Origin: Candidatus Poribacteria bacterium
GTDB taxonomy: Bacteria > Poribacteria > WGA-4E > WGA-3G
Length of the DNA stretch: 64,000 nucleotides
Direction of reading: 5' to 3'
NCBI GenBank assembly: GCA_022821495.1
Contig: JAJEDN010000104.1
Span: forward strand, 14,043-78,042
Shown here in pieces: positions 25,662 to 35,125 of the stretch. A program made the translations under genes and the position numbers. The first letter of the stretch is position 1. The number at the start of each line of letters is the position of its first letter. The notes below the pieces were generated by a model. That model had not been told where the DNA came from, made no database searches, and was given only the letters and a program-made list of their open reading frames with translations.

Positions 25662-28379
25662 CTATCCCCCATTCTCAGCATCCAATGCCGCCATAATATC
25701 AGCATGCACCGCTTTCGGATCAAGCACCGGTTGCACATAGAACCGATCAATCGCCTGTCCACCTAACCCAGAACATTTACACATCTCGACGTTCAATCCG
25801 AGTTTCGCCAAAATACCACTAAAGTAGTGGAGAAACCCCATCTTTTCCTCACCAACAACGACAATCTCTGAGTAACTCCGTGCTGCCTCAACAGTGACAT
25901 CATCAACCTGCCATGTATCATTCATATTCACATAGCGCCTCTCAAAAATCTCGTCAAGTGTAACCTCCTCTGCAAGGAGACTCCGGATGTCAAAATCGAG
26001 GTCCCGCTTGAGTTCTTCATCAAGCGGCATCGGCTCCCCTTGGTGGTGGAGCGGTTGATGGACGAGTCGATAGATTTCAAGCTCAATATTCGTATCCTGT
26101 TTCGTATAGACGCGTGCGTCGCGAACGTCTATACCGTTCGAGAAAAAGAGACCGCTCACGGTGTGCAACTTCCCGATCCGACTCGGACTACAGAGATGGA
26201 GTTCAGTGAATCCAGGACGATCAACAAACTGGACGATCCCTGTGATGGATGTCGCATCCCTTTCCATAGTAGTGGCTTCAGCCTGTGTTGCCATTTTTAT
26301 ATGCATAGCGATCTCTTCTGGAGAAACACTAATACGGTAGGAAACCGGCATATGATGAAGGAATTGTTGAAATTCTTCAACGGGCGCAAAGGCACCCCAC
26401 TGCGTCTCCTCTTGACCGACAAAACGAGTTCGCGCCACCTCATATAAACTCTTCAAGTTATGTTTAACCACATGACTGAAGTTCTGTGAACCGTTGGCTT
26501 TGGAATCACAGTAAGTAAGCAGATACAGCGCAGTCAGACGCTCCAACGAGTTAACCTTCTTACAGAATTCGGCGATCGTACTTTCATCCCAATGGTGATA
26601 GCGCGCCAAATCTATCATTGCAAGGTGTTCGCGAATGAGGAAGCAAATTTCATCCGTCTGTTGTGAGTTGAACCCAAACTCCGGCGCGATGCGTTCCGCT
26701 TTCTCCGCACCCGTTATCGGATGACTCGGATCCGGCTTATCTATATCGTGAAGGAATAGTGCCATATAAAGCGGACTCGAATCCGAAAGCGAGCGGAATG
26801 CGGTGTTGAGTTCCTCTAACTCGGAAGTCGGGGACGGGGACACCGGTGCCCCGAAACCGCCCGCGCCACCAAAAGGGCTACTCGACTCCGTTTGCCGGAT
26901 TTCATCAAGATACCCAATCGCAACGAGCGTATGTTTTCCAACCGTATACGGATCAAGACTCCGTTCGCTCCGCGTCATCATCGCTTTCTCAAAAAGTTCC
27001 CCGCCTTCCCCTAAATGGGACAAGATATTGAGTCTATGCAAGCGTGTTAAGGTCTTCGCGAGATCCCCCGGCATGTTCATCAACTCCGCCATCCGCTTCC
27101 CGAAAGAACGCCAATCAAACGCGTGAACATAACGGGAGATGAATGTCGAAAGCGATGCATCAATCTCAAAATCGTATTGCTGGAAATAAGTGAATAACGT
27201 AAAGAGTTCGCCCGCATCCAGCTCACCGAAGTTATTGTCAATACAATATAGTAAATCCGTCCGCACCGCCAGCACATCGGAAACAGGAATCCCATTCGCC
27301 AGCATCTTCCGGGTTAACAACTCCGCTTTGAAATGCAGATATTTCGCTTTCGCATAATATTCCGCCATGAACGCGTAACGACCTTCGTCCGTTTCATCAG
27401 TTAATCCAAGCACGCGAGCAATCTGCGCCTGAAGCGTATCCTCTTTTTCAGGGTGGTACGTGAGATCATCATGTGGGGCATCGGCAAGTACATGCAGAAG
27501 GTTCCGCACCTTGAACACAAAATCGAGGGACGGTAGCAACTCATCATCACTGTACTGTTCGTAGAGTTCAGGAATTGATATAAAGTCTGGCAGCCCACAT
27601 ATCCAGAGCGCGTACTGAAGCGTCCGCAGTCCACCCCGCCCCGTCTTTACATTCGGTTGGTTAAGATAGATCGTATCCTCAGAAGCCTTGAAAGCATCTG
27701 CCTTAGACTTCAGCAGATCCAGCACGAGCGAGATATCCGATTTTTCAGAATGCACCGCCTTTCGGAAACGTTCTGTTAACGTCTCATCACCCGTAATAAA
27801 CCGCATATCAATCAGGGCGGTCATATCTTGGTAATTCCACTGCGCTATATCTGCAAGCGGTCGGTAGATAAAACTGAACTCAAATCCCGGAATCACCGAG
27901 TGGAGGCTATCAAAAAAATCGTAGAACCATCGAATCAGTTCAAGCGTGCTTTCATCGTAAATATCCTCTAAATCCACAGAAGACGTATAGACAACATCCA
28001 CATCCGAAAAATAGCAAAGCTCATTTCGACCATAACTGCCAACACCATAGAGTGCGACATCCGGCGACCATCCCTCCAATTCTGCCTTTAAGTCAGCAGT
28101 ATCAACGCCTGGCAGTTCGTTCAGTACGTCAATCTGTTTCTGGTATTCATCCCGAATCTGAAAAGAGGCAACTTCATAAATCTTCTGAATAACCACATCC
28201 CACATCTGGGCATGGATATTACAAGCACCAAATCCGCTTGCGCCCGCCAAGATTTGGGCTTTTAGTTGCTCCCGTTCTGATTGGATAAAAGCTGATAGTT
28301 GTTTTTGCAATTCCTCAAAAGGCACACCCAAGTCCGGCACGTATGTATTGAGTCGTTTTCCGATCTGTATGATTTCCAT
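25662..28379 (-). CDS. glnD: GlnD-like [protein-PII] uridylyltransferase/uridylyl-removing enzyme
   Basis: Nucleotidyltransferase motif GVGSYGRNEL...SDVDVV, HD domain (LFLHDIDKP) and C-terminal ACT-like repeats. Confidence 0.7.
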   Translation of the reverse strand: MEIIQIGKRLNTYVPDLGVPFEELQKQLSAFIQSEREQLKAQILAGASGFGACNIHAQMWDVVIQKIYEVASFQIRDEYQKQIDVLNELPGVDTADLKAELEGWSPDVALYGVGSYGRNELCYFSDVDVVYTSSVDLEDIYDESTLELIRWFYDFFDSLHSVIPGFEFSFIYRPLADIAQWNYQDMTALIDMRFITGDETLTERFRKAVHSEKSDISLVLDLLKSKADAFKASEDTIYLNQPNVKTGRGGLRTLQYALWICGLPDFISIPELYEQYSDDELLPSLDFVFKVRNLLHVLADAPHDDLTYHPEKEDTLQAQIARVLGLTDETDEGRYAFMAEYYAKAKYLHFKAELLTRKMLANGIPVSDVLAVRTDLLYCIDNNFGELDAGELFTLFTYFQQYDFEIDASLSTFISRYVHAFDWRSFGKRMAELMNMPGDLAKTLTRLHRLNILSHLGEGGELFEKAMMTRSERSLDPYTVGKHTLVAIGYLDEIRQTESSSPFGGAGGFGAPVSPSPTSELEELNTAFRSLSDSSPLYMALFLHDIDKPDPSHPITGAEKAERIAPEFGFNSQQTDEICFLIREHLAMIDLARYHHWDESTIAEFCKKVNSLERLTALYLLTYCDSKANGSQNFSHVVKHNLKSLYEVARTRFVGQEETQWGAFAPVEEFQQFLHHMPVSYRISVSPEEIAMHIKMATQAEATTMERDATSITGIVQFVDRPGFTELHLCSPSRIGKLHTVSGLFFSNGIDVRDARVYTKQDTNIELEIYRLVHQPLHHQGEPMPLDEELKRDLDFDIRSLLAEEVTLDEIFERRYVNMNDTWQVDDVTVEAARSYSEIVVVGEEKMGFLHYFSGILAKLGLNVEMCKCSGLGGQAIDRFYVQPVLDPKAVHADIMAALDAENGG

Positions 28380-28599
28380 TTATCTTCACTCCAACGTATC
28401 AAAGCAGCCCGATTCTCACGTAAGTTACCTTCAAATAACGAAATCAGGACGATACAGCGTGTCTTATTAATTCTAAACTTTACTATAAATACCCCTGATA
28501 ACGAAATGACTACCTATTGACTTAAACGCATTATATATCAAATACGGAAAAAAAACAACTCTCATTTCAATAGTGCTTCCTAAGAACGCCACTTTTTCC

Positions 28600-28628
28600 T
28601 TGACACACATTGGTAACCTTGCTAACAT
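28600..28628 (+). promoter_or_regulatory. sigma70-like promoter TTGACA-17-TAACAT
   Basis: Hexamers at 28600-28605 and 28623-28628, 20 bp upstream of the ATG at 28649. Confidence 0.45.
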
Positions 28629-28648
28629 GAAAAATCGGGAGATCCAAA

Positions 28649-29707
28649 ATGAACGACACCAAATATCGCGTAGCCATCATCGGGTGTGGACGGATGGGAC
28701 AGAACTATGCGGAAGCATACACGACCTATCCTGATACAGAAATTGTCGCAATCGTTGATGCGAATACCCAACGACAAAATGTCCTCGGCGCGCGCTTCGG
28801 CGTTGATGCACTCTACTCAGATGTAGACGCACTATTACGCGACATTGTGCCAGATATCGCAGTCGTTGTCACGCCCACGAAGTATATGAAAGATGCCGTA
28901 ATTGCCTGTGCCGAAGCCGGTGTCAAAGGGATTTCAACGGAGAAACCGATCGCCGCACGCCTTGAAGATGCCGACGCAATGGTTGACGCGTGTGCAGAAC
29001 GCGACGTGGTGTTCGCTGGCGGCAACCTACAACGCGCAATGAACGAAGTACAAGAAACTGCATCCCGACTCCACAATGGTGAATTTGGGGATATCCGAGG
29101 GGCAAGCGTTCATGGGTTCGGTGGCGAGATTTCCGGCGGTGGATGCCAACACATCTCAGTCCTACGACTTTTCACAAACACTGAAGTTGAAGAAATCGTC
29201 GCATACGGAAGCCCACCTGAAGCATTAAACGCAGAAACCGACGAAGGCTTAATCATCAATGGATCCTTCCGACTCACAAACGGATTGGTATGTAGCGTCT
29301 TCGGGACACCCACACCGTGCCGCGGCGTAGATGTCTGGACAGACGAATGCCTCGTCCGCTGGGACTGGAACCCGCCAGAGATTTTCAGAGGCTACGACAA
29401 GCAGGGCAATCGTATCCGCCTCGAACCCAATTACAATCCGTACCCCTGGAGCGAATTTAGTTACCTCACCGGCTCAATCCGCTCCTTTTTGGCAGCTGTT
29501 GACAGGAACGGACACCCATGGATTACTGGCGCGGATCTCCGACAAGCATTAGAGGTGGCAATCGCCGCGAAACTCTCCGCAACTCGAAACAGTGTTCCCG
29601 TCAAATTACCTCTGGAGGACAGATCCTTAGCACTCTACCCACGTCCCTACCGATGGCTCGGTGGCGACGCAACCGGCAAACCTCAAAGTATCGAAGAAGC
29701 AAAGTAG
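28649..29707 (+). CDS. Gfo/Idh/MocA family oxidoreductase
   Basis: N-terminal Rossmann motif RVAIIGCGRMG and the EKP motif. Confidence 0.8.
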   Translation: MNDTKYRVAIIGCGRMGQNYAEAYTTYPDTEIVAIVDANTQRQNVLGARFGVDALYSDVDALLRDIVPDIAVVVTPTKYMKDAVIACAEAGVKGISTEKPIAARLEDADAMVDACAERDVVFAGGNLQRAMNEVQETASRLHNGEFGDIRGASVHGFGGEISGGGCQHISVLRLFTNTEVEEIVAYGSPPEALNAETDEGLIINGSFRLTNGLVCSVFGTPTPCRGVDVWTDECLVRWDWNPPEIFRGYDKQGNRIRLEPNYNPYPWSEFSYLTGSIRSFLAAVDRNGHPWITGADLRQALEVAIAAKLSATRNSVPVKLPLEDRSLALYPRPYRWLGGDATGKPQSIEEAK

Positions 29708-29764
29708 TAGGCACGCGCCGTCGTGCCGTCCACAGAGTAGTAGGCACGCGCCGCGTGCCGCAAC
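29703..29764 (+). repeat. REP-like doublet (GTAG head plus GGCACGCG..CGTGCC palindrome)
   Basis: AGTAGTAGGCACGCGCCG(TC)GTGCCG occurs twice in direct orientation. The first copy overlaps the stop codon at 29705-29707. Confidence 0.65.
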
Positions 29765-29777
29765 AGGAGTACCAACG

Positions 29778-30566
29778 ATGAACGAAGATCAGAAATACCT
29801 ATTCGATTTGACCGGATTCCTCATCGTCGAAAACGCGCTGACAGACGAAGAAGTCGCACAATGCAACGCCGCTATTGACCATCACATTGAAGCACTCAGA
29901 GAACGTGATAGCTCACTGGCTGGCGGTTCACCCGCGCTTGTCGGCACAGCACACCGGATGGACATGGGCGGCATGCTCGCATGGGAGAAACCGTGGTGCG
30001 AACCGTTCCGAAATCTCCTCGTGCATCCGAATGTTAAACCCTACCTTGTAGAGGTCTTAGGCAAACAATATCGACTCGACCACGGTCCCGGCTTAATCGC
30101 CATGGAAAACGGAACAGAAGGCGGAACCTTACACGGTGGCGGGATTGAGCGTCCCAATTTCTCCGAAGCCTATTTCTTCAAACACGGAAGAATCTATACA
30201 GGTTTGACTGTCGTCGAATACATGCTCGCCGATGAAGGCCCCGGCGATGGCGGCTTAGCGATCATACCCGGCAGCCACAAGGCAAATCTTCCGTGTCCGA
30301 GCAATATGAAGCGATATGAGCAATATCAAAATCTGGTGCTCGAAGTCAACGCCAAAGCCGGCGATGCGGTGATTTTCACTGAAACCTTGACACACGGCAC
30401 ACTCCCCTGGAAAGGTGACCATCAACGCCGTGCCTTACTCTACAAGTTCAGTCCTGGATTCCAAGCGTACAGCGCAGGCGCGCACCAGATCGCATACCCA
30501 GATTACATTGAGGACATGTCCCCCGAACAACGAGAAGTCATGGAAGCACCCCATATCCGGCACTAA
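29778..30566 (+). CDS. phytanoyl-CoA dioxygenase (PhyH) family protein
   Basis: Motifs YLFDLTGFLIVENAL, IIPGSHK and ETLTHG. The ATG at 29778 follows the repeat; the ORF-track extension from 29661 runs through the repeat. Confidence 0.7.
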   Translation: MNEDQKYLFDLTGFLIVENALTDEEVAQCNAAIDHHIEALRERDSSLAGGSPALVGTAHRMDMGGMLAWEKPWCEPFRNLLVHPNVKPYLVEVLGKQYRLDHGPGLIAMENGTEGGTLHGGGIERPNFSEAYFFKHGRIYTGLTVVEYMLADEGPGDGGLAIIPGSHKANLPCPSNMKRYEQYQNLVLEVNAKAGDAVIFTETLTHGTLPWKGDHQRRALLYKFSPGFQAYSAGAHQIAYPDYIEDMSPEQREVMEAPHIRH

Positions 30567-30574
30567 ACCCGTTC

Positions 30575-30704
30575 AGAACTTACGCAGTACCTCTCAAAGT
30601 CCCCCTGATAAGGGGGATTTAGGGGGTTAGGATTTAGGGCTGTTTCGTAGAAATCTCGGCACCTCTTAAAGTCCCCCTGATAAGGGAGATTTAGGGGCTT
30701 AAAA
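30575..30704 (+). repeat. R1 element with two cores and only the left TIR
   Basis: AGAACTTACGCA is followed by two AAAGTCCCCCTGATAAGGG(G/A)GATTTAGGGG cores. Confidence 0.65.
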
Positions 30705-30717
30705 TAAGGAGAAACCC

Positions 30718-31665
30718 GTGTCAAATCTACGCGTTGCTGTTATCGGCTGCGGCGGCAGAGGTCGCGGCCACATGAAAATCCTCTCACAATTTGACGATAC
30801 TGATCTCGTCGCTGTCTGCGATCCTGTTGAAGCCGCACGAAATGAGGCAGCGGACAGATTCAACGTCTCGAATCGCTACGAAAGCATTGATGCGTTATTG
30901 GACAGTGAAACCTTAGATGCCATTTTCGTTGCGACACCCGCACACCTCAACGGTGAGGCGGCACTCCCGTGCTTTGAACGCGGTGTTCACACGCTCTTAG
31001 AGAAACCACCCGGCATGAGCGTTTCAGAAACAGTCGCCTTGCGTACTGCCGCAGAACGGACAGGCGCGAAAGGGATGGTGGGTTGGAACCGTCGCTTCCA
31101 TCCGATCATCGTTGAAGCGAAACGGCAAGTCACCGCACGCGGTCCCGTCACACAAATCGTTGGCGAATTCCATAAGAGTATTACCCGATTGGCGCAATCC
31201 GGCAAATTTCCTGAACATCTGATGGATAACATGTTTCTGGAAACACCGATTCACGCGCTTGATGCAATCCGTGCCATCGCTGAAGCAGACGTCCAAGAAG
31301 TGCATAGCGTCGTCCAGCGAACAATCTCAGATTACAAAGACGTCCACGCTGCGCTCATTCTGTTTGACAACGGCTGCGTCGCCCAACACATTGCCAACTA
31401 CACAACAAATGCCCGCCTCGAACGCTACGAGATTCACGGGAGAGATATCTCGGCTTACCTCGAAGGTGTCTCCCAAGGCACCGTTTTCTGTGATGGAACA
31501 CAGCACAAACTCACTGAAGCAGGCACCGGCGGCACCGTTGAGCAGAACAGGTACTTCTTAGATTGCGTCAAATCCGACACCCCCGTTTCGTTCCCAGCAG
31601 CGAACCTTGACGAAGCCGTCAAAACCATGCAACTCGCCGAAGATATTCTAAACGGACTGCGTTGA
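30718..31665 (+). CDS. Gfo/Idh/MocA family oxidoreductase
   Basis: RVAVIGCGGRGRGH and the EKP motif. GTG start preceded by AAGGAG. Confidence 0.8.
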   Translation: MSNLRVAVIGCGGRGRGHMKILSQFDDTDLVAVCDPVEAARNEAADRFNVSNRYESIDALLDSETLDAIFVATPAHLNGEAALPCFERGVHTLLEKPPGMSVSETVALRTAAERTGAKGMVGWNRRFHPIIVEAKRQVTARGPVTQIVGEFHKSITRLAQSGKFPEHLMDNMFLETPIHALDAIRAIAEADVQEVHSVVQRTISDYKDVHAALILFDNGCVAQHIANYTTNARLERYEIHGRDISAYLEGVSQGTVFCDGTQHKLTEAGTGGTVEQNRYFLDCVKSDTPVSFPAANLDEAVKTMQLAEDILNGLR

Positions 31666-31718
31666 GAATATCCGCGTCCTGTACAAGATCGGAAAGGATA
31701 GATGGGATAGCAGGAACT

Positions 31719-31815
31719 GATTGGAAGGAGGGAAGGATGGAGGAATGGAAGAAGCGTTGCTACACAATCTTCCAATCTTCCAGTCTTCCAATTCCCTACT
31801 TCCAGTCTTCCAATC
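31719..31815. repeat. heptamer-based imperfect inverted repeat (TCTTCCA-type units)
   Basis: Left arm GATTGGAAGGAGGGAAGGATGGAGGAATGGAAGA. Right arm is tandem TCTTCCA-like heptamers. Confidence 0.55.
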
Positions 31816-31879
31816 CCAGACGCAAACGAATAGATTCTGTGTAAGCCCTAAAATTGAAAATTGCTTGAAAGGAAAACCA

Positions 31880-32704
31880 ATGCCAACATTAGAAGAACGA
31901 TTTGAAGCCTATAAAACCGATGGCTTTGCAATTTTTGAAAAAGTCTTTGACGAACCCCAAATGCAAAGTTGGCGCGAGAAACACGCAGAACTCTCCGCAG
32001 CCAACGATGGACAGACATGGTTCGGCAATACCCTTGAACTGGCACCCGAATTGATGTGGCCCGCTGTCTCACACCCGACACTCCTTGAATTCATAGAAAA
32101 GGTGATGGGTCCCTTCGTGCAATTAGACAACCTCACACTCGCTGCGTTCCCACCCATGGAAAAGGAAAAAGCGGAGGGCAGGGTCTCTGGATGGCACCGC
32201 GACCGATGGGCACACGTTCCGTATACCGACGCGTATCACCGTCCGAACGCCATCAATGCCATCTCCTATCTGCAAGATTTAACACACGAATTCGGACCCC
32301 TGCGCGTCATTGTCGGATCACACCGAAAACCGATTACCATGGAAGATTCACAGCGCGGCGTGCCACATCCCGATGAAACACTCATCCACATGGGCGCCGG
32401 CGATGTCGTCATCACACACAACGGACTTATCCACTCCGGCACACCGAACACCTCTGCGGAATTACGTTATTTTTTCAGTATTTACTATAACCTGACGTGG
32501 CTGAAACACACCGATCACCATACGGGACCGCACACCCAAAAGTTGTTGGAAACCGCAAAAACAGCCAATAACCATCAACACATGCGGCTCCTCGGTGTCG
32601 ATGAGCAACTCCAGCCGCGCTGCAACTCAGGCTTCCTCCAATCGGACGAAGAACGCTGGAAAGAGTGGGCAACCGCTGACCAAGAGGCAATCAAGGAGGC
32701 GTAA
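31880..32704 (+). CDS. phytanoyl-CoA dioxygenase (PhyH) family protein
   Basis: Motifs GFAIFEKVF, GWHRD, GSHR and HSGTPN. The internal ATG at 31880 is preferred over the ORF-track start at 31721. Confidence 0.7.
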   Translation: MPTLEERFEAYKTDGFAIFEKVFDEPQMQSWREKHAELSAANDGQTWFGNTLELAPELMWPAVSHPTLLEFIEKVMGPFVQLDNLTLAAFPPMEKEKAEGRVSGWHRDRWAHVPYTDAYHRPNAINAISYLQDLTHEFGPLRVIVGSHRKPITMEDSQRGVPHPDETLIHMGAGDVVITHNGLIHSGTPNTSAELRYFFSIYYNLTWLKHTDHHTGPHTQKLLETAKTANNHQHMRLLGVDEQLQPRCNSGFLQSDEERWKEWATADQEAIKEA

Positions 32705-32707
32705 CCG

Positions 32708-33451
32708 ATGGCAAACCCTGTAGTACCCGCAACACTCAACGTTGATTTGGATTACGAATTGCAACAAGAGGTCAATTTCTTCCTCAACTGGGGCTATCTT
32801 ATCGTTGATAACGCCGCAACCCCGGAACAGATTGAATCGTTACGCGCGGCACTCGATGAAAGCTACGAACGCAGAGACAAAAGCCAATTCATCGGGGAAC
32901 TCCTTGAGGAAGATGACCGGTTCGCGTTTCTGTTAGATAATCCACCGGTCATGAAACGGATGGAAGCCATATTAGGCACCTGTGTCCAACTCCACAGCAC
33001 AACAGCACGCATCACGGAACCCGGAACACCCGATCAACATTGGCACCGTGACGGCCCCTGGCCCGTCGCACCGAACGGCACACCTTACGGGAGCCTCCCT
33101 GCACAGATTAACTGCGGTTATTACCTCGACGAAGTTACCGACGAGAACGGTCCCACGGTTGTCCAGCCCGGTAGTCATAGAGCACCCTTCCGTCCGCCCC
33201 CCACGCCTGTCGAATTGCCCGATGAAAAACGGGTACTCGTCTCCCCCGGACAAGCGGTTATGTTCGACGGATGGACGTGGCACCGAGGCGCAGCAAATAA
33301 CTCCTCAGAACGCCGGCGCGTCTGTCTGATGTGCTATCAAAACGCCTGGATGAAATCTCGCGAACCCTTTGATGGACCGCGCGTCACAAAACTCCGAGAA
33401 GAAGGCACACCCCAGCAACAACTCTTACTCGGCGCAATCCCAAAATGGTAA
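32708..33451 (+). CDS. phytanoyl-CoA dioxygenase (PhyH) family protein
   Basis: Motifs WGYLIVDNA, HWHRDG, PGSHR and WHRGAAN. Confidence 0.7.
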   Translation: MANPVVPATLNVDLDYELQQEVNFFLNWGYLIVDNAATPEQIESLRAALDESYERRDKSQFIGELLEEDDRFAFLLDNPPVMKRMEAILGTCVQLHSTTARITEPGTPDQHWHRDGPWPVAPNGTPYGSLPAQINCGYYLDEVTDENGPTVVQPGSHRAPFRPPPTPVELPDEKRVLVSPGQAVMFDGWTWHRGAANNSSERRRVCLMCYQNAWMKSREPFDGPRVTKLREEGTPQQQLLLGAIPKW

Positions 33452-33452
33452 C

Positions 33453-33511
33453 GTAGGGGCGAGGTCGCCTCGCCCAACACCAAACACACGTAGCGGCGAG
33501 GTCGCCTCGCC
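33453..33511 (+). repeat. REP-like doublet (GTAG head plus GGCGAGGTCGCCTCGCC palindrome)
   Basis: GTAGGGGCGAGGTCGCCTCGCCC and GTAGCGGCGAGGTCGCCTCGCCC in direct orientation. Confidence 0.7.
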
Positions 33512-33538
33512 CGATTTCAAACTAATGGAGAACGCTAT

Positions 33539-34993
33539 ATGAATCTTGCCTACATCGTCATCGACACACTCCGCTACGACTACATCGGTGCAAACGGGAA
33601 CGATTGGATAGAGACACCGAATATCGATCGGTTCGCTGCCAAGGCTTGGGCTTACGATCACGCCTTCTGTGCCAGCTTCCCAACTATCCCGTACCGAACC
33701 GATGTCATCACCGGACAATACGGCGCGCCCTTCCACGCATGGAAACCGCTCCGTCACGAACGCCAAACCCTACCGTGGACACTCGCACAAAGCGGCTATG
33801 CAACACAACTCATCCACGACACACCGCATCTCGTCAACGGCGGACATAACTTCGACTGGCCCTTCCACGCATGGACATTCGTCCGCGGCGCAGAGGTCGA
33901 TCGAGATTGGATTATGGATACCGACCCCTGGCCCGATAACTGGACCCGCCAATCGCTTTTTGATGCCATCAATGACAAAGCCGCCGAATCCGGGATGCTC
34001 CGCAGCTACGCACGCGCAAACAGAAATCGCAAGAAACCGGAGGACTGGAACTGCGCAAAACTTTTTAATACTGCCGCCCAATTCCTCAAAGATAACGCCA
34101 AACGGGATAACTTCTTCCTCTGGATAGACTGCTTCGATCCACACGAACCTTGGGACTCACCCCCTGAGTTCATGAAAAAATACGACAAGCGACCCGGCTA
34201 TGACGGGCGCGTCGATCCACGGAGCCTCGGCGCACGCGGCAACGCGGAACTCTCAGACGAAGCGAAACAACACATTAAAGACCAATACGCCGCGAAAACG
34301 ACATGGATGGATCACTGCTTCGGACAGTTCCTTGAGGCACTTGAATCCACTGGACTCGACAAAAACACCGCTGTCATCTTCACCGCTGACCACGGCACAA
34401 ACGTCGGTGAAAGAGGTAGATTTGGCAAAGGACAACCCGTCCGTGAACAAGAAGCACACGTCCCGCTTTTCATCCGCCTCCCCGAAGGCGACACCGGACG
34501 GAGCAACGTCATCGTTCAACCCCAGGATTTCTTCCCAACGATTCTCAATATCTTGGGCGAAGCGCGCCCTGACGGACTTGAGGGACACGACATCTTAACG
34601 CCTGCCCGTGCAGGAAACGCCGGTGAAAGAGAACTTGCGCTCTCAGGCGGAAGTATCGAACGCTGGCAGCAAGCATCACAAAACGAAAACGCGATCCTCT
34701 TCACCGCATTCAGCCAAGAATGGAGCTTAGAAGTCGCCGCAAAACCTGAAAATTCAAAACTCGTCCGACTCGGTGATTTAGAATACGCCCAGGACCAGCA
34801 CCCAGACCTCGTCGCGAAACTCCATGCCGCTGCCGTCGATGAAATCGAACGCCGCGGCACTGATCCTGCATTGATGGCGTGGCTCCGAAGCGGCGGCGAA
34901 GACACGTTCCCCGCCGATGCCAATTACTGGGACGGTTTCCCCGGACCCGCAGGCTACCGCCCCTATTTCGGTAAACTCTATACTGGGGAATAA
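33539..34993 (+). CDS. sulfatase-like hydrolase (alkaline phosphatase superfamily) with Thr at the formylglycine position
   Basis: N-terminal IVIDTLRYD. The signature T-I-P-Y-R-T-D-V-I-T-G (33683-33715) matches the spacing of C/S-x-P-x-R-x3-[LMI]-T-G. Also FTADHG. No signal peptide. Confidence 0.65.
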   Translation: MNLAYIVIDTLRYDYIGANGNDWIETPNIDRFAAKAWAYDHAFCASFPTIPYRTDVITGQYGAPFHAWKPLRHERQTLPWTLAQSGYATQLIHDTPHLVNGGHNFDWPFHAWTFVRGAEVDRDWIMDTDPWPDNWTRQSLFDAINDKAAESGMLRSYARANRNRKKPEDWNCAKLFNTAAQFLKDNAKRDNFFLWIDCFDPHEPWDSPPEFMKKYDKRPGYDGRVDPRSLGARGNAELSDEAKQHIKDQYAAKTTWMDHCFGQFLEALESTGLDKNTAVIFTADHGTNVGERGRFGKGQPVREQEAHVPLFIRLPEGDTGRSNVIVQPQDFFPTILNILGEARPDGLEGHDILTPARAGNAGERELALSGGSIERWQQASQNENAILFTAFSQEWSLEVAAKPENSKLVRLGDLEYAQDQHPDLVAKLHAAAVDEIERRGTDPALMAWLRSGGEDTFPADANYWDGFPGPAGYRPYFGKLYTGE

Positions 34994-35030
34994 TTTTTAG
35001 TAATGTCGGACGGGTTCGTAACCCCCAAAA

Positions 35031-35123
35031 ATAAACAGACCTCTTTGTAGCATAACCTGTTAGGTTGTGCCAGTGTGAATGCCTGTCATAGGTATTCACA
35101 CTGTTTGAGAGTACCCAATTAAT
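35031..35123 (+). repeat. R6 element, copy 1
   Basis: About 93 bp: CAGACCTCTTTGTAGCATAACCTGTTAGGTTGTGCCAGTGTGAATGCC...CCCAATTAAT. Near-identical to 36967-37061. Confidence 0.7.
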
Positions 35124-35125
35124 TT

